A DNA stretch of 64,000 bases, taken from assembly GCA_958009085.1 (NCBI GenBank), contig OY253681.1, positions 744,001-808,000 of the forward strand, read 5' to 3'. The notes under the pieces were generated by a model. That model was not told where the DNA came from and ran no database searches. It worked only from the letters and a program-made list of their open reading frames with translations. Source of the DNA: Protoeuglena noctilucae (taxonomy: Eukaryota). This document shows, piece by piece, positions 1-11,914 of the stretch (position 1 is its first letter; each line of letters starts with the position of its first letter). The position numbers and the translations under genes were made by a program.

Positions 1-91
1 TCTTGGGACGAGTGACGCGCCGCCTGCGCCTGCGAGCGGGCGGGCGAGAGAGGGCTGTTTAGCGGGAAACTGCGGCGAGATATCCTAAATG

Positions 92-1716
92 CTACACCAA
101 CACACCGCTGTCTGTCCTTCGGCAACCGAGTTGCAGTTGCTGCTCACTGCAGGTCGCCACCTGCAGCGCCCGTGCGTCGCTAGCAAGACAGTTCCCGCCG
201 CCACGCACCTCGCGCATCGCCACGCGGTCCCTCCAGGATTGCCGCGGGGCCCTCGCCCGCCGCCCCGCCCAGCCCTTCGAGTCCGGAAGCTCGGTCCACA
301 CGCTGCGGCGGACGCTGAGCGCCAGCGCCACGTCCTCGAACCCCGCGAGCCCGCCCGACGCTCCCTCCGCGCCGTCGTCGTCTCCCGTTCCGTAATACGC
401 GTCGGAAAGCCCGGGACCCGCAGAGTCGATCTCGTCCGGAGGGCCACGGTCGGTGCGCGCCTGGGCCAAGCGGTGCCGCGGGGCCGGCGGCTCCAGCCGG
501 CGCCGCGAGCGGGGAGGCGCGTGAGGCGATCCGGGCTCCACGCTGCTGTCGCGGGACCTGCGGGCGACGGATCAAGCGCAGCTCGCCACAGCATCAAGCA
601 GCAAGGGCGAGGCTGCAGCCTGCAGCCAGGCGGAGCTCGAGCGCGCCGCGAAGAGCATTGACATGAAAGATGGCATGGATAAGAACGCTGCGACGCCCGC
701 TCTCACCGCCTGCCGGTGCTGCCCGGCGACTGTGCGCGGGTGTCGCGGCTGGGGACCGAGTGGGCCAACGACGCGAGCGCCGCGGCGCTCATCAGCGTGT
801 TGTGCGCGTCGCCGTCCGCGGGCTCCACCGGCTCGCGTGCGTCCCGGCTGCGGGCCCGCCCGCCGCTCATCGGCGAGGCACGGCCCCTGCCACGCTGGGT
901 GCGGGGCTCCGGTGCAGCTTCGCGCGCCCGTACGCCCGCATCCCCCGCAGCGGCCTGCGGGATGGCGGGACATTCGCATGTTGACTTGCCAGCGTGTCCC
1001 CGGGTCGCGGCGCGGGCGCTCGGCGCTCGGCGCCCCTCGCACCTGCTGCCCGGCCAGGGCCATCCGTTTGTTCGCGCGGAACTGGTTGCAGAGATCCGGA
1101 TACTTGCGCTTGAGCGTCGAGTTAAAATGGTTCTTGATCGCGTTGTCCGTGCGGCCCGGGAGGCACTGCGGCGCGCGGAGGGCGGTTTGCAGTTGGCACG
1201 GCGATCCGAAAGTTGCCGCCGTTCCGGCCGCCGCCGCGGGGCCGCACCTTGGCGATCTCCGCCCACTTGTTGCCCAGCCTCGCGTGGCAGGCCAGGATGC
1301 TCATGTCCTCCTCCTCCGTAAAAGGGTCCTTCTTCACGTCCGGGCTCAGCTGGTTGCACCACCTGCGGGCCCGGGGGCGCGCGGGGTCGCGGGGCGGCGC
1401 CGGCGTGAGCCCACCCGTCGCAATGGCATCGCATCCGCACTCGCCTGAGACGGCACGACTTGGAAGAGCGGCCCGGAATGTGCTTGGCGATGTTGCTCCA
1501 TTGCCGGGGGCCGTACTTGGCAATCAGCGACAACAGGAGGCCGTCTTCGTCGGCGGTCCACGCGGATTTGGTTCGAACTGCGAAAGATGAGACGGCGGGC
1601 GGGGACTTCAGTGCGGCGCGGCGCTGCGGCGCGGCCTGCGGGGCCCAGGCTGCGACATGCGACATCGAGGGCCCCGGGCGCGGCGGCGGGCCCGCGCACG
1701 CACGGCGCGACACCAT
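92..1716 (-). CDS. R2R3-MYB transcription factor (spliced; both ends approximate)
   Basis: Spliced translation gives KSAWTADEDGLLLSLIAKYGPRQWSNIAKHIPGRSSKSCRLR|WCNQLSPDVKKDPFTEEEDMSILACHARLGNKWAEIAK|CLPGRTDNAIKNHFNSTLKRK, the classic R2R3 repeats. The first intron has a GC donor at 1444. Low-complexity C-terminal exons run toward the window start. Confidence 0.9.
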
Positions 1717-2757
1717 TATGCCGTACTTCCATACGAGATGCCGTCGCGACCCCCACGGCGGCACGAAAGGCTTCCCTTCGACCGGGCCGCAGGTGGGAGG
1801 CCCCAACCGTTCCACAACTAACCCACACCCTTATCCCGCCGCGCTGCGCCCTCCAAGTGCGCCGGGCACGAACCCACCAAGCGACAGGTCGAACAGGAAG
1901 GTAACGGTGCCGCCAACGCGTGCTCACCGGCGCCCTCCGACTCCCACTCGCTCGCTCGGCCCCCGTCGCTGGCTGCTCTCGTGTGCCGTCCCATCGCGGC
2001 GACCCGTGCGGCGGAGACGCGGGCAGCAAGCACGAGATCCTCGCTCCTCGGCAGCGGTCCTGCGAGAGCGGCGGCGGCGCGGGTGAGAGCGCCGCCGGGG
2101 CCTCCCTGCCGCTGCGCGTCGTTCAGGTGCATGCCGAGCCGGGCGGGTCGACGTGGGGGCGGGAGGAAGGGGTCGCCGTTCAGCGAGATCCCGTCCCGTC
2201 GATATCCACCGGACTGCCGCACGGGCCGGGGAACGCCCCCGCGCGGCGCCCGGGGCTCCAGACACCCCAGGGCGCCCTAACGACCGCGAGCTGTGCCCCC
2301 GGGTGCCTCACCGGGCGTCCGCTACTTCGTGGGGGATATACGAGCTCCGATTGTGCGGCGTGCGGGAACTCAGCGGCCGCAGCGGGCGGGGCGACCGACA
2401 AGTCGCCGTAGAGGGAGAGGGGTTGCGCGGTGCGGTGCCCTCACGGGCCGGTTGCTGACAATACAGCCACTGGACGCCCGCGAGCCGTCTTCCGCAACGG
2501 GTTTCCGCCGGTCCGACTTTGTGCAGCACAAAGAAGGGGGCGGGCCGTTGAAAGCCCCGAAGACGCTGAGGTTGATTCATTCGTTACGTGGGACCTTTGA
2601 TGGGCTTGAGTGACGTCGCGTCAACCTTCGCCTGGCTCTCCCAGACCGCAGCCATCACAGCCATCGCCGCGTAGTTCAGCTTTGGGCGGCGGGCAGTGGA
2701 GGCGTCATTGGTGGGCCAGCAAGCTTGAATTTGGTGCCAATATAACCTCCTGTTCAG

Positions 2758-4331
2758 ATGCCGAAGCGGAAGGGCCACCCCGCCACGGAGGAGCCGGGGG
2801 AAGCGGAGCCGTCCTCGTCGCAACCGAAGGTGGGCCGGGCGACGAGGCGACGCGGCGACGCGGCGGCCGAGGACTGCGTGTTGCTCCATATGTCTACGAG
2901 ATGAAGTGTCCGAAGTTGGGTTGCGAACGGCGACTGCTTCGCGCTCGCAGGGCGCTGGGTTCAGGAACAAGGAGAAGCCGCTCGTCCTGTGCAGCCGGGG
3001 CATCACCTTCCGCTTCAGGTGCGCGGTGACACAAGCGGTATCTCTCTAGCACCGCTTCCCCGCGCGCGCGAGGCTCCCGCTCGCCCGCCGCCCGCCGACG
3101 CAGGCACCTCATGACGGACGTCGCGCAGCTGATGCCGCACAGCAAGCGGGACTCGAAGCTCGACACCAAGAGCGACAGGTGAACGTTGGCTATTTGCGGG
3201 TGCAGCAGCGTTGCGCAGCCAGCTGAGGCGCAGCGCTCTGTGGGTACGTGACGATTGTGACGACTGAGCGGCACGGGCTGTGCCTTCGCAGGGGCATCCT
3301 GAACGAGGTGGCTGACCTAAAGAACTGCACGTCGGTGCTCTTCTTCGAGGCCCGCAAGAAGAAGGATTTGTATCTGTGGGTCGCCAAGGTGTGCAACGAC
3401 GCGTGGGGCGGGGTGGTGCGTATGTTGCGGCGGTGGGGAAGTGCATCGTTTTGGCTTCCGTGCGCAGACGCCCATGGGCCCCACGGCCAAGTTCCACGTC
3501 ACGAACATCCACACCATGGCGGAGCTGAAGCTCTCCGGCAACCACCTGCAAGGGTCGCGGCCTTGCGTGTCGTTTGACAAGATGTTCGACGAGCAGCCGC
3601 ACCTGCAGGTGAGCCTGCTCGCTGAGCACGCAGCTTTTCGCTTTTGGGAACAGCTCGAGGTATGCGGGATGTGCTTTGCCTGGCTCTGCGTCCAAATGAC
3701 CGTACTTGGCCGCAGCTGATCAAGGAGATGCTGGGGCAGGCGTTTGCCACGCCGCGCGGGCACAAGAAGATGAAGCCCTTCTTCGACCACGTCATCTCCT
3801 TCTCGGTGGCGGACAACCGCGTCTGGATGCGCAACTACCAGGCGAGGGATGCGTCACTGCTTGCACCATAGGGCGGTACCTGTAGGGTCAGCGAGGGCGC
3901 CCGCGTGCGCTTCGCCCTGGCATCGCGTGCGGCATCGCTTGCGAGCGCAGGTGGTCGTGCCGGAAGACAAGGGGAGGCCGGAGGTGGACCAAGCGACGCT
4001 GGTGGAGGTGGGGCCGCGGTGCTGCCTCAACCCGATCAAGCTCTTCGCCGGGTCGTTCGGGGGAGCCACGCTGTATGAGAACCCGACGTACGTGTCTCCC
4101 AACGAGATCCGGAGCGCCGTCAAGGCGAGTTGGGGCCGGGCGGAAACGACATCGCAGCAACGCAGGGTGGAGGTGCAGGCTCACCGCGCCCCCTCCCGCG
4201 CTACGCCGCAGCGGCAAAAGCAGGGCAAGTACTCGAAGAAAGTCAAGGCGAGCCAGCGCCGGAAGCAGATCAAGGAGGAGCTCGTAATGGAGGCCGACCC
4301 GCTTGCCTACAACCACGCCTTCCGCGACTGA
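2758..4331 (+). CDS. BRX1: Ribosome biogenesis protein BRX1 (Brix domain), 8 exons
   Basis: Exons join as MPKRKG...|GAGFRNKEKPLVLCSRGITFRFR|HLMTDVAQLMPHSKRDSKLD...|GILNEVADLKNCTSVLFFEARKKKDLYLW...|TPMGPTAKFHVTNIHTMAELKLSGNHLQGSRP...|KPFFDHVISFSVADNRVWMRNYQ|...LVEVGPRCCLNPIKLFAGSFGGATLYENP. GC donors at 3842 and 4125. Stop TGA at 4329-4331. Confidence 0.93.
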
Positions 4332-5076
4332 GGGGCGCAGCGGCGCGGCCCGATCATGGGGCGCAGAGGTAAAGGGACGTTTCAGCTTAGCATAGCCAGT
4401 AATTTCTCGCACATGTTAGCCCCGGCACGCCGGGGCTGGATGACTTTCGGTGCTGAGAGAATGCTTGTCATCATCAACGTCCCGGGAGGGTCGATCGCAA
4501 GCGCGAGCGGCGTGAAATGGCAAAAAGAGTGCGTTGGGGTCACTGGACAGCGATGAAAGGCGCCCGATGCGCCGGGATCTGGTGCAAACGCTGGGGGCCG
4601 CACCTGGGCCGCACGCGCGCGACGGCGGCGGCCCCGCGGTCCCCGGGCGCGCGCGGCGGAACGCTCATGTCTCGAAGCAGCACTCACTCGCAAGAGACTT
4701 CCGGGGAGGGCTGTGTGGAGTCACACAGGGTGTGGCTGGGCCACGGGTAAGAGCCCCCGGAGGGGAATGCGGGGTTTTCCACCCGCTCTCGAGAAATGTG
4801 GAAGTGATGCCACAGCGCACGCGAGGGGCGCTTTTCAGGCCTCCGGCTGATGCGGGCTTGCCCCGGGGCACTCCACGCCAGTGCTTTGAAGCCAGCGCAT
4901 TGAGTTTGAACGACAGGCGTCCCGCTGACGATTCCGTGGACTCAGCGCCGCGCATGAGTCACTCCCTTTTCACATGCGCTGCAGACTGTGCGCGTTGGTG
5001 CCCATGAAATGAAATGAGCTGGGCGTAGCTCCGTGCGTGGTGCAGTTTTGCTGACCAATTCGACGTCCGGAGCCAA

Positions 5077-8000
5077 ATGTCAAGCGAAGGCGTCGGCCCG
5101 GAGCCTCCGGAGCCTTCTCCCGCGCTGGATGGGCAGGGAGAGGGGCAGGGTGCGGACCGTCTCGACGCTTCGAGCGCGGGGGGCGCGCGGAGGGGCGGCA
5201 AGGCCTTCACGGTATCGCGGACGTACGGTTTGAGTCCCTACAGTCCCAAGGTGGCGAGGCACGCTGGTCGCGCGCGCGAGAGAACCACCGTTCGCGTCGC
5301 GCAAACACAGTTGGGCGCTCTTCTGAGCGAACATGGCCGTAGTCGTTCCGCGGTAACATGACATAATACTCGTGCTCTCTCTCGCTTCCCCCAGCCCATC
5401 GTCCCGCCGGCCGACCTGGCGCGCCCGCTCGCCCGCGGCCGCGCGAACCATGGCGTGTCGCAAGCCCAGCAGGCCCCTGCGCCCGCAAGCTCCGCCGAGC
5501 TCTCGCCGACCAAATCTGCGCGGCCCGTCAGGACCCGGTGAGCGCCAGTTGCTGCTCAGAGGCGCTCGCGTTGCGCTGCCAGAGCCACGCCACGCATACT
5601 CGCAACGCGCCTAACCATGTGTCACCACCTCGCTCCATTCCAGTCTCTTCGCCGGCCACGACTCCGCCCCGGAAGACGACGGTCGCGCGGAGAACACGCC
5701 CCGCGCCGCGGACGGCCCCTCCCCGCGCCTCAGGCCAGCGCATGCACCTGTCGCGCCCACGCCCCCCCGCACGCCGGCATCGGCAGGGCCCAGCCCCATG
5801 GCAGGCACGCACCAGCAGGTGAGACATTTGAATATTGTATGTGGAGTTTAAGAGTAAACTGCCCAGTATGGATATGATTGGAACCACCGGCCACCTCACC
5901 CCCGCCGTGCAGGCTCCAACACCCACTGACCCATCACCCACTCACCTCTCTCTCCCCACCTCACCCACCTCACTCACAACCTCTCCCTTCTCAGCCCGTG
6001 TTCCCCCGCCTCCTTCTGGACATCTACCAGTCGATCAACAACATGCACGCCGCAGCTGAGGAGGACATGAGCGGGAGGGCCGTGTCTTATTTGAAAAGGA
6101 CCGCCAAGTGAGAGTTGGGTTGTAATCGAATAATGTCTTAGATGAAAGGACCGATAGCCGGGAGACGGCAACCATATTCATACCTCCATGCCCACATCAC
6201 CACCCCCACATCTCCATTCCCCATGCCCCACCATCCTCCTCACCCCCACATCTCACCCCCTCGTTCTCCCCCCAGCCTGCTCGACCAGGCATCCCGCGAC
6301 ATGCAGCAGCTCGCGGCCGCCTTTGCCTCCCTGCCCCACGCCCACGGCCGCGCGGGCGTCGCGGAGTCTGACGTTTCGGAGTCGGGGGGGGGCGTGTCGT
6401 CGTCAGGGCCGCACCCAGGCGAGTAGGGGGTTGGAGATAGGAATTATGGGAATATGAGCGATTGTGATGGTTACAGATAGAGGCAGGAGTGGTGCAGGCA
6501 AGTGGGTTTTGGAGTTTGTGGCGATGGCTGTCATACGCGCACCGGGTGGGCCTGGAGGGGCAGTGGGTGAGTAGGTGAATGATAGTATGCATCTTCTGCA
6601 GTGAGGTTGTCATCTCCCGTTCTCGTTTCACTCCTCATGTCTTCCCCACTGTTGCAGAGGGCCCCTCTTGGACGGAGGACGCGGCCGGTGTGGGTCTCAG
6701 CAGCAACGCAGACGCGTCCACGCAGCCGCACCCCTGGGGCAACGCAGACCACGTCAGGTGAGGGAATGAATGGATGGGTCGCAAAGCATGCAGATGGGTG
6801 CATGGGTGGTGGTGCACAAGTGGTGGGCAGCCATGAATGGTCACTGCCGCCCGCACCGGCGCTCTGCTCACAGCACGATTTCAACTGCGCAATGTCAACA
6901 GCACAATTACATCCCACCCCTCCCACCCACCCCCCCAGGCGCACCCTGGAGCGTGACTTGCGCAGTCTTAATGAATGATACCATCCGCAGTCTTAACAAA
7001 TGATCGCATCCCAACCCCACCCACCCCCCCAGGCGCACCCTGGAGCGTGACTTGCGTGCCCGCCGGACGCGCGCCGAGGCGACCATGACGCGGCTGGAGA
7101 GGCAGGCGAGTGGATGAGCGCATGGGAGATGGATAGTGCGCGAATGGTGAGATGGCTGTGCATGGACGGGACTGCTACCGGTCATACATCTATCTGCGCT
7201 TTGCTTGCTCATCATGATATGTGCTACATCCCATGGTTGTAATCACCCATCGCCGTCACCCCCAGGCGAGGGCGGAGGAGGCGAGGGTGGCGGCGCGAGC
7301 GAGGGCGTCGGAAAGGGAGAGGGCGGCGGCGGGGCAGGGGAGGGAGCTGGAGCAGCGGCAGGAGCGGTGAGGGATGGGATGTGCATGGGATGGGGTGGGA
7401 TGGGTGCGGTTGAGATGAGAGGGGGTGACATGGGCGCGGTTGAGGTGGAATTGAGAGATGAGACATGAGCATCTCATCTGTTTATTTACACTCATAATAT
7501 CGCCATCGCAGTTCCCGCTCCCTGCGCGAGCGTTACCTGGAGAGCGTGGCGGCCAAGGCGCGTGCGGAGATCGAGAAGGTGTCGGAGGTGCTGTTCATCA
7601 ATAGCCTGCAGAACAGGGAGAGGGAGATGGACATGGAGGAGAGACACAGGCGAGGTTGTGTGGTGATATTTGTACGCGATAGATACTGTGCATGGGACAT
7701 AGATGTGATATGGAAGGGAGATGGACATGGAGTAGAGGCACAGGCAAGGACGATAAGCGATGGTTTGTAATTAATGATAATTAATGATAATTAGAAACAT
7801 TTACAACAATATATGGTAATTTATAAATATCACAATCTTATCTTTCCTTCCATGCAGGGACGCGGAGGCCAGGCGCCGTGACTGGCTGCGGCGGGGGAGG
7901 GACAGGGGGGCGGCAGAGGGGCAGGTGCGAGGGGTGGCAGCGTTGTCATGTCTAATTTATTGTTATTGTATATTGTTACTATTTCTTTGTTTACATCATT

Positions 8001-11000
8001 GTTAATAAGTGTCATTATTGCTTCGTTACCCCCGCAGTTGGCGGATGCGCATGCCGGCCGCCCCCAGGGCCACCGGGATGTGGCGAGGCGGGTGCAGGAG
8101 GAACATGAGAGGGATGTGGAGAGGCGGGGCAGGTGAGGGTGGGAACATGGGAGATGGGGAGAGGACGGGCAGGTGAGGGTGGGTGGATGAGATGGGGCAG
8201 GTGGGAGAGTGAGGGGTGTATGACGAGCCTCTTCACACCCACTGCACTGCACCTTTCCCCACCCCACTGCCACCCTCATCACCACCCCCACTGCCACCCC
8301 CACTACCGCCCATATCACCGTCCCCCATTACCTCCCACCCCCACCCCTTGCAGTGCCCTGGCCCTGCGCCTCCGTCGTGCCGAGCAGAGGCGCATGCAGC
8401 ATCTGCGACTGATACGCGAGAGGGCGGGGGCAGCCGCAGCCGGACCCTTATCCCCCGTCCGACGCTCTGCTTCCCTCAATGCAGCGTCCCTCACCGCATC
8501 CCTCACTGCAACAGCATCTCTCAACACAGCTGCTCCTCTCACCCCTGCCAGTCGCGGGGCTGGGGGGAACGGGGGTGGCAACGCGGTGCATGGGGCGCAT
8601 GGAGTTACTGCGATGGTTACGGGATCGAATCCGGGCAGCCTCTTTAGGGAAAGGGAGGCTGCCACTGGCGACATGAGTGCCCCTGCCCCCGCACCTACCC
8701 CGTCGTTTGCTGCTGGGTATGCCGCACCCAAGCGCCCCGCAGTGCAACGTATGACAAGCGACGAGGACCGTCTCTTTCAGAGCGCCACAAGCACTGCAGC
8801 TGACTACGGCTCAACAACCGGCATCGTGACCCCTCGCGCCACCGCCCCACGCAACCCCTGGCCCCTCGCTGCTCCCAGCGCCGCCCCCCGCACCCCCACT
8901 TGGCTTAATGCGGACAGCGCCGCCCCCGCTGCGCTCGCATGGCATAACGCCGACCCTTATGCTGTCCCCGCCGCCCCCCCGGGCACACCCTGGCAGTTCC
9001 CGACATCCAGGGCGGAGAATCTATCGAATAATATTATTCCATCGACTGATATTATTCCTTTGATTATTCCGTCAAGCGCTGCCCACCACCACCACCACCC
9101 CAGTGGGACTGGGGCAGGTGGCGCGCATAGCGGTGGGTGGGGCATGCATGCTATCCACGCAAGAGCCACCCCCACCCCAGCTCGTTATAACGCATGGGAT
9201 TCCGTCGATGTCTGGGATGATAGAGACGGTCGCGCGTCATCGAGCAATGCCGAGAGCCTCATGTGGGGATTGATGGGGGCGGCAGGGGTGGGCGGTGGTA
9301 CCAACGGCGGCGGCGGGAGTGTGATGGAGAGCGGCGATGGGGATGGGGTGGGGGACGCAGTTGACTCGTGGGGCTCGAATTCGAATTATTTCCATAACGG
9401 GGATAGCCCTGGCGTCAGGTTCGGGGCTCAGTCAGCCCATTACCAGGCGCAGCAAATGGGGTTGGGGGGGCCGGGGTGGCAAGGGGCGGTCACGCCAGCC
9501 CTGTCACCTAGTGTTCTTACTGGCGAGTTAACTAGCCGGGATATGGGGTCGAGGGGGCGATGGGCTTTGGTGGATAGTAGTGAGCGTGCACGGAGGGTGC
9601 GGGCAGGGCGGGGGGGTGGGTCGTGGGTGTGGGGTGGGGGTGAGGATGAGATGGGCGGAGGGGCGGAGATGTGGGGGGTTAGTAGCGGTGTTATAAAAGT
9701 TCCGGGAGGGCAAGCGGGCGCGTCCCTGAGTGTCGCGGAGTGGTGCGGGGGTGGCGGGGCGGGGGCGGGGGTGGGGGTGGGGCGTGAGGTGGTGGGGCGG
9801 GGGGCGGCGAGCGCGTTTGAGGGTGGGGGTGCGCGGGGGGGCAATGCGGGGAATCTGTTTGCATCGGCGTCGTTCAGAGAGCCCGTGACGCATCACAGGC
9901 TGGTTAGGGAGGCGGAAGGGAGAGCGGGTGCGGGTGGTGGTGGTGCGGGTGGGGGTGCGGGTGGTGGTGGTGGTGGTGGTGGTGGTGGTGTGGCATCACA
10001 GCCTGTGGTGTCTGTGGCTAATCGGAAAAAGAATCTGCGGAGACGGACGGCGAGGATTCAAAAGGAGATGGAGAGGTGAGGGGGTGGGGTTGGGTGGATG
10101 GTGGGGGGAGTGGGGGGGTTGGATGGGTGGTGTCGGACAAGTCATACCATTGTCTCTTCACCACCCCAATGCTTCCGCTCACACCACCTCCCCCACTGCA
10201 CCCACTCACCCACGCAACCCCACTCACACCACCCGCAGTCTCAGGCAAGCGTTGGATGCCATGCCGGATCCCCTGGGCTCTTCAGAAAGCCCCCCCGGCC
10301 ACCCTCACGTTTCTGGCACGGTCAGTGTCTCTGGCACCACTGACGTTTCTGGCGGACCCCCCCGCGCCAGTCTGCCGGTCACCGACAGTACCACTCGCAG
10401 TGCCCCATTGGTGCCACCAATGAACACCGCTACTGACACTAAGAGCATGGTCACTGGTAACAATGGGGTTCCTATCATCCCAAATGCCAGCCACAGCCAT
10501 AGCAGTGGCCCTATCACCCTGCCCCACCCACCCTCACCCACCAATCCCCACCCCGCACCCCCCACCGCCCCCCGCCACTCCCCGCCATCCTCGTCAGCTT
10601 TATTACACCCCTGGGCCTTCTTATGGCATGATTTGGAGTCATCATGGGCTATGCCTGCGATGTGGGGAAGCAGTGCGGGGGTAGGGGAGGGTGAGGGGAG
10701 GGGTGGGGTGGCGAGGCGGCGGCGGCGGCGGCGGGCGGGGGCAAAGGGGAGGGCTGGGGATGGGGCGGGGGGAGAGGAGGGGCAGGGAGGAGCAGAGGGG
10801 GGTGGTGTGGGTGCGGGTGCGGGGGCGGGGGCGGGGGCGGGTGCGGGTGCGCGTGCGGGTGCGCGTGCGGATATGAGGGGTGTTGGCAGTGGTGCGGGTG
10901 GGGGTACTGCAAGTGCGGGTCGCGCCGTTACAACTGCGGGTGTCGCCAAACCCCGCAGCAGAGCTAAGCCGGGACCGAGCGGGTCGTTGGCAAGAGCAGA

Positions 11001-11371
11001 CACGCATGCAACTGCCACTGCCACTGCCATTGCTAATACCACTGCCTTCCCCCAACCCCCCCGCCCTCACTTGTCCGTGGGTAAAATGCTTTCGTCTCTC
11101 TGTGCTTTGGAGGAAGTGACGTTGAGGGCCAGGCGCGGGGTGTGGCACTGGGCGGGGGAGTCGGGGGTGTTGGACAAAATGGTGGAGCTGGTGAGGGGGT
11201 ACTGAGGGCTGTAGAACATAATGCAGCTGGTAATTAGATAGATAGTGGTGTAGATGGTGAGATGTGGACAGTGATGGAGGGAGTCGGGGGTGCTGGACCG
11301 AATGGTGGAGTTGGTGAGGGGTTACTGTTGAGGGAGGGGAGTGGTAGTGGGGAGTTGGTGAGAGGTGGACA
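5077..11371 (+). CDS. SCAPER-like coiled-coil protein (multi-exon; 3' end lost in the N gap)
   Basis: Exon segments LLDIYQSINNMHAAAEED...LLDQASRDMQQL, YLESVAAKARAEIEKVSEVLFINSLQNREREMDMEERHR and RKKNLRRRTARIQKEM resemble, from recall, the N-terminal, KVNEI/VxFINxL and KKRAKKI motifs of SCAPER. They are separated by long Ala/Gly/Pro-rich exons. Confidence 0.6.
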
Positions 11372-11571
11372 NNNNNNNNNNNNNNNNNNNNNNNNNNNNN
11401 NNNNNNNNNNNNNNNNNNNNNNNNNNNNNNNNNNNNNNNNNNNNNNNNNNNNNNNNNNNNNNNNNNNNNNNNNNNNNNNNNNNNNNNNNNNNNNNNNNNN
11501 NNNNNNNNNNNNNNNNNNNNNNNNNNNNNNNNNNNNNNNNNNNNNNNNNNNNNNNNNNNNNNNNNNNNNNN
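11372..11571. other. Assembly gap (200 N)
   Basis: Run of exactly 200 N, probably a placeholder length. Confidence 0.99.
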
Positions 11572-11914
11572 GTCCTATGATCCCGGCGTTGTTCATCACA
11601 TCGTCGCGCGTCCCACTTTCAAAATCTGGCCCAGGCTAACGGCCGGTCCGCTTGCCGCTGTCGCCATCTAAGCAAATGACTGTGGGCCGCCGCAGATCGT
11701 GCTTTTCGAGGGAAAGCACGGTGCCAGAGAGTGGCACCGAACAACACCAGACACAACTCCACCACTCCCCGCATCGCCCACCCCTCGCCATTGCACCCCG
11801 TACACTCGCAACTGCATTGCCACTGCCCACACCACCCATCCCGCCACCCATACCCCCCCTCCCTCACAGCTTGATTACCACCCACATCACCCATAGTACC
11901 CCTCCCCCCCCCCC

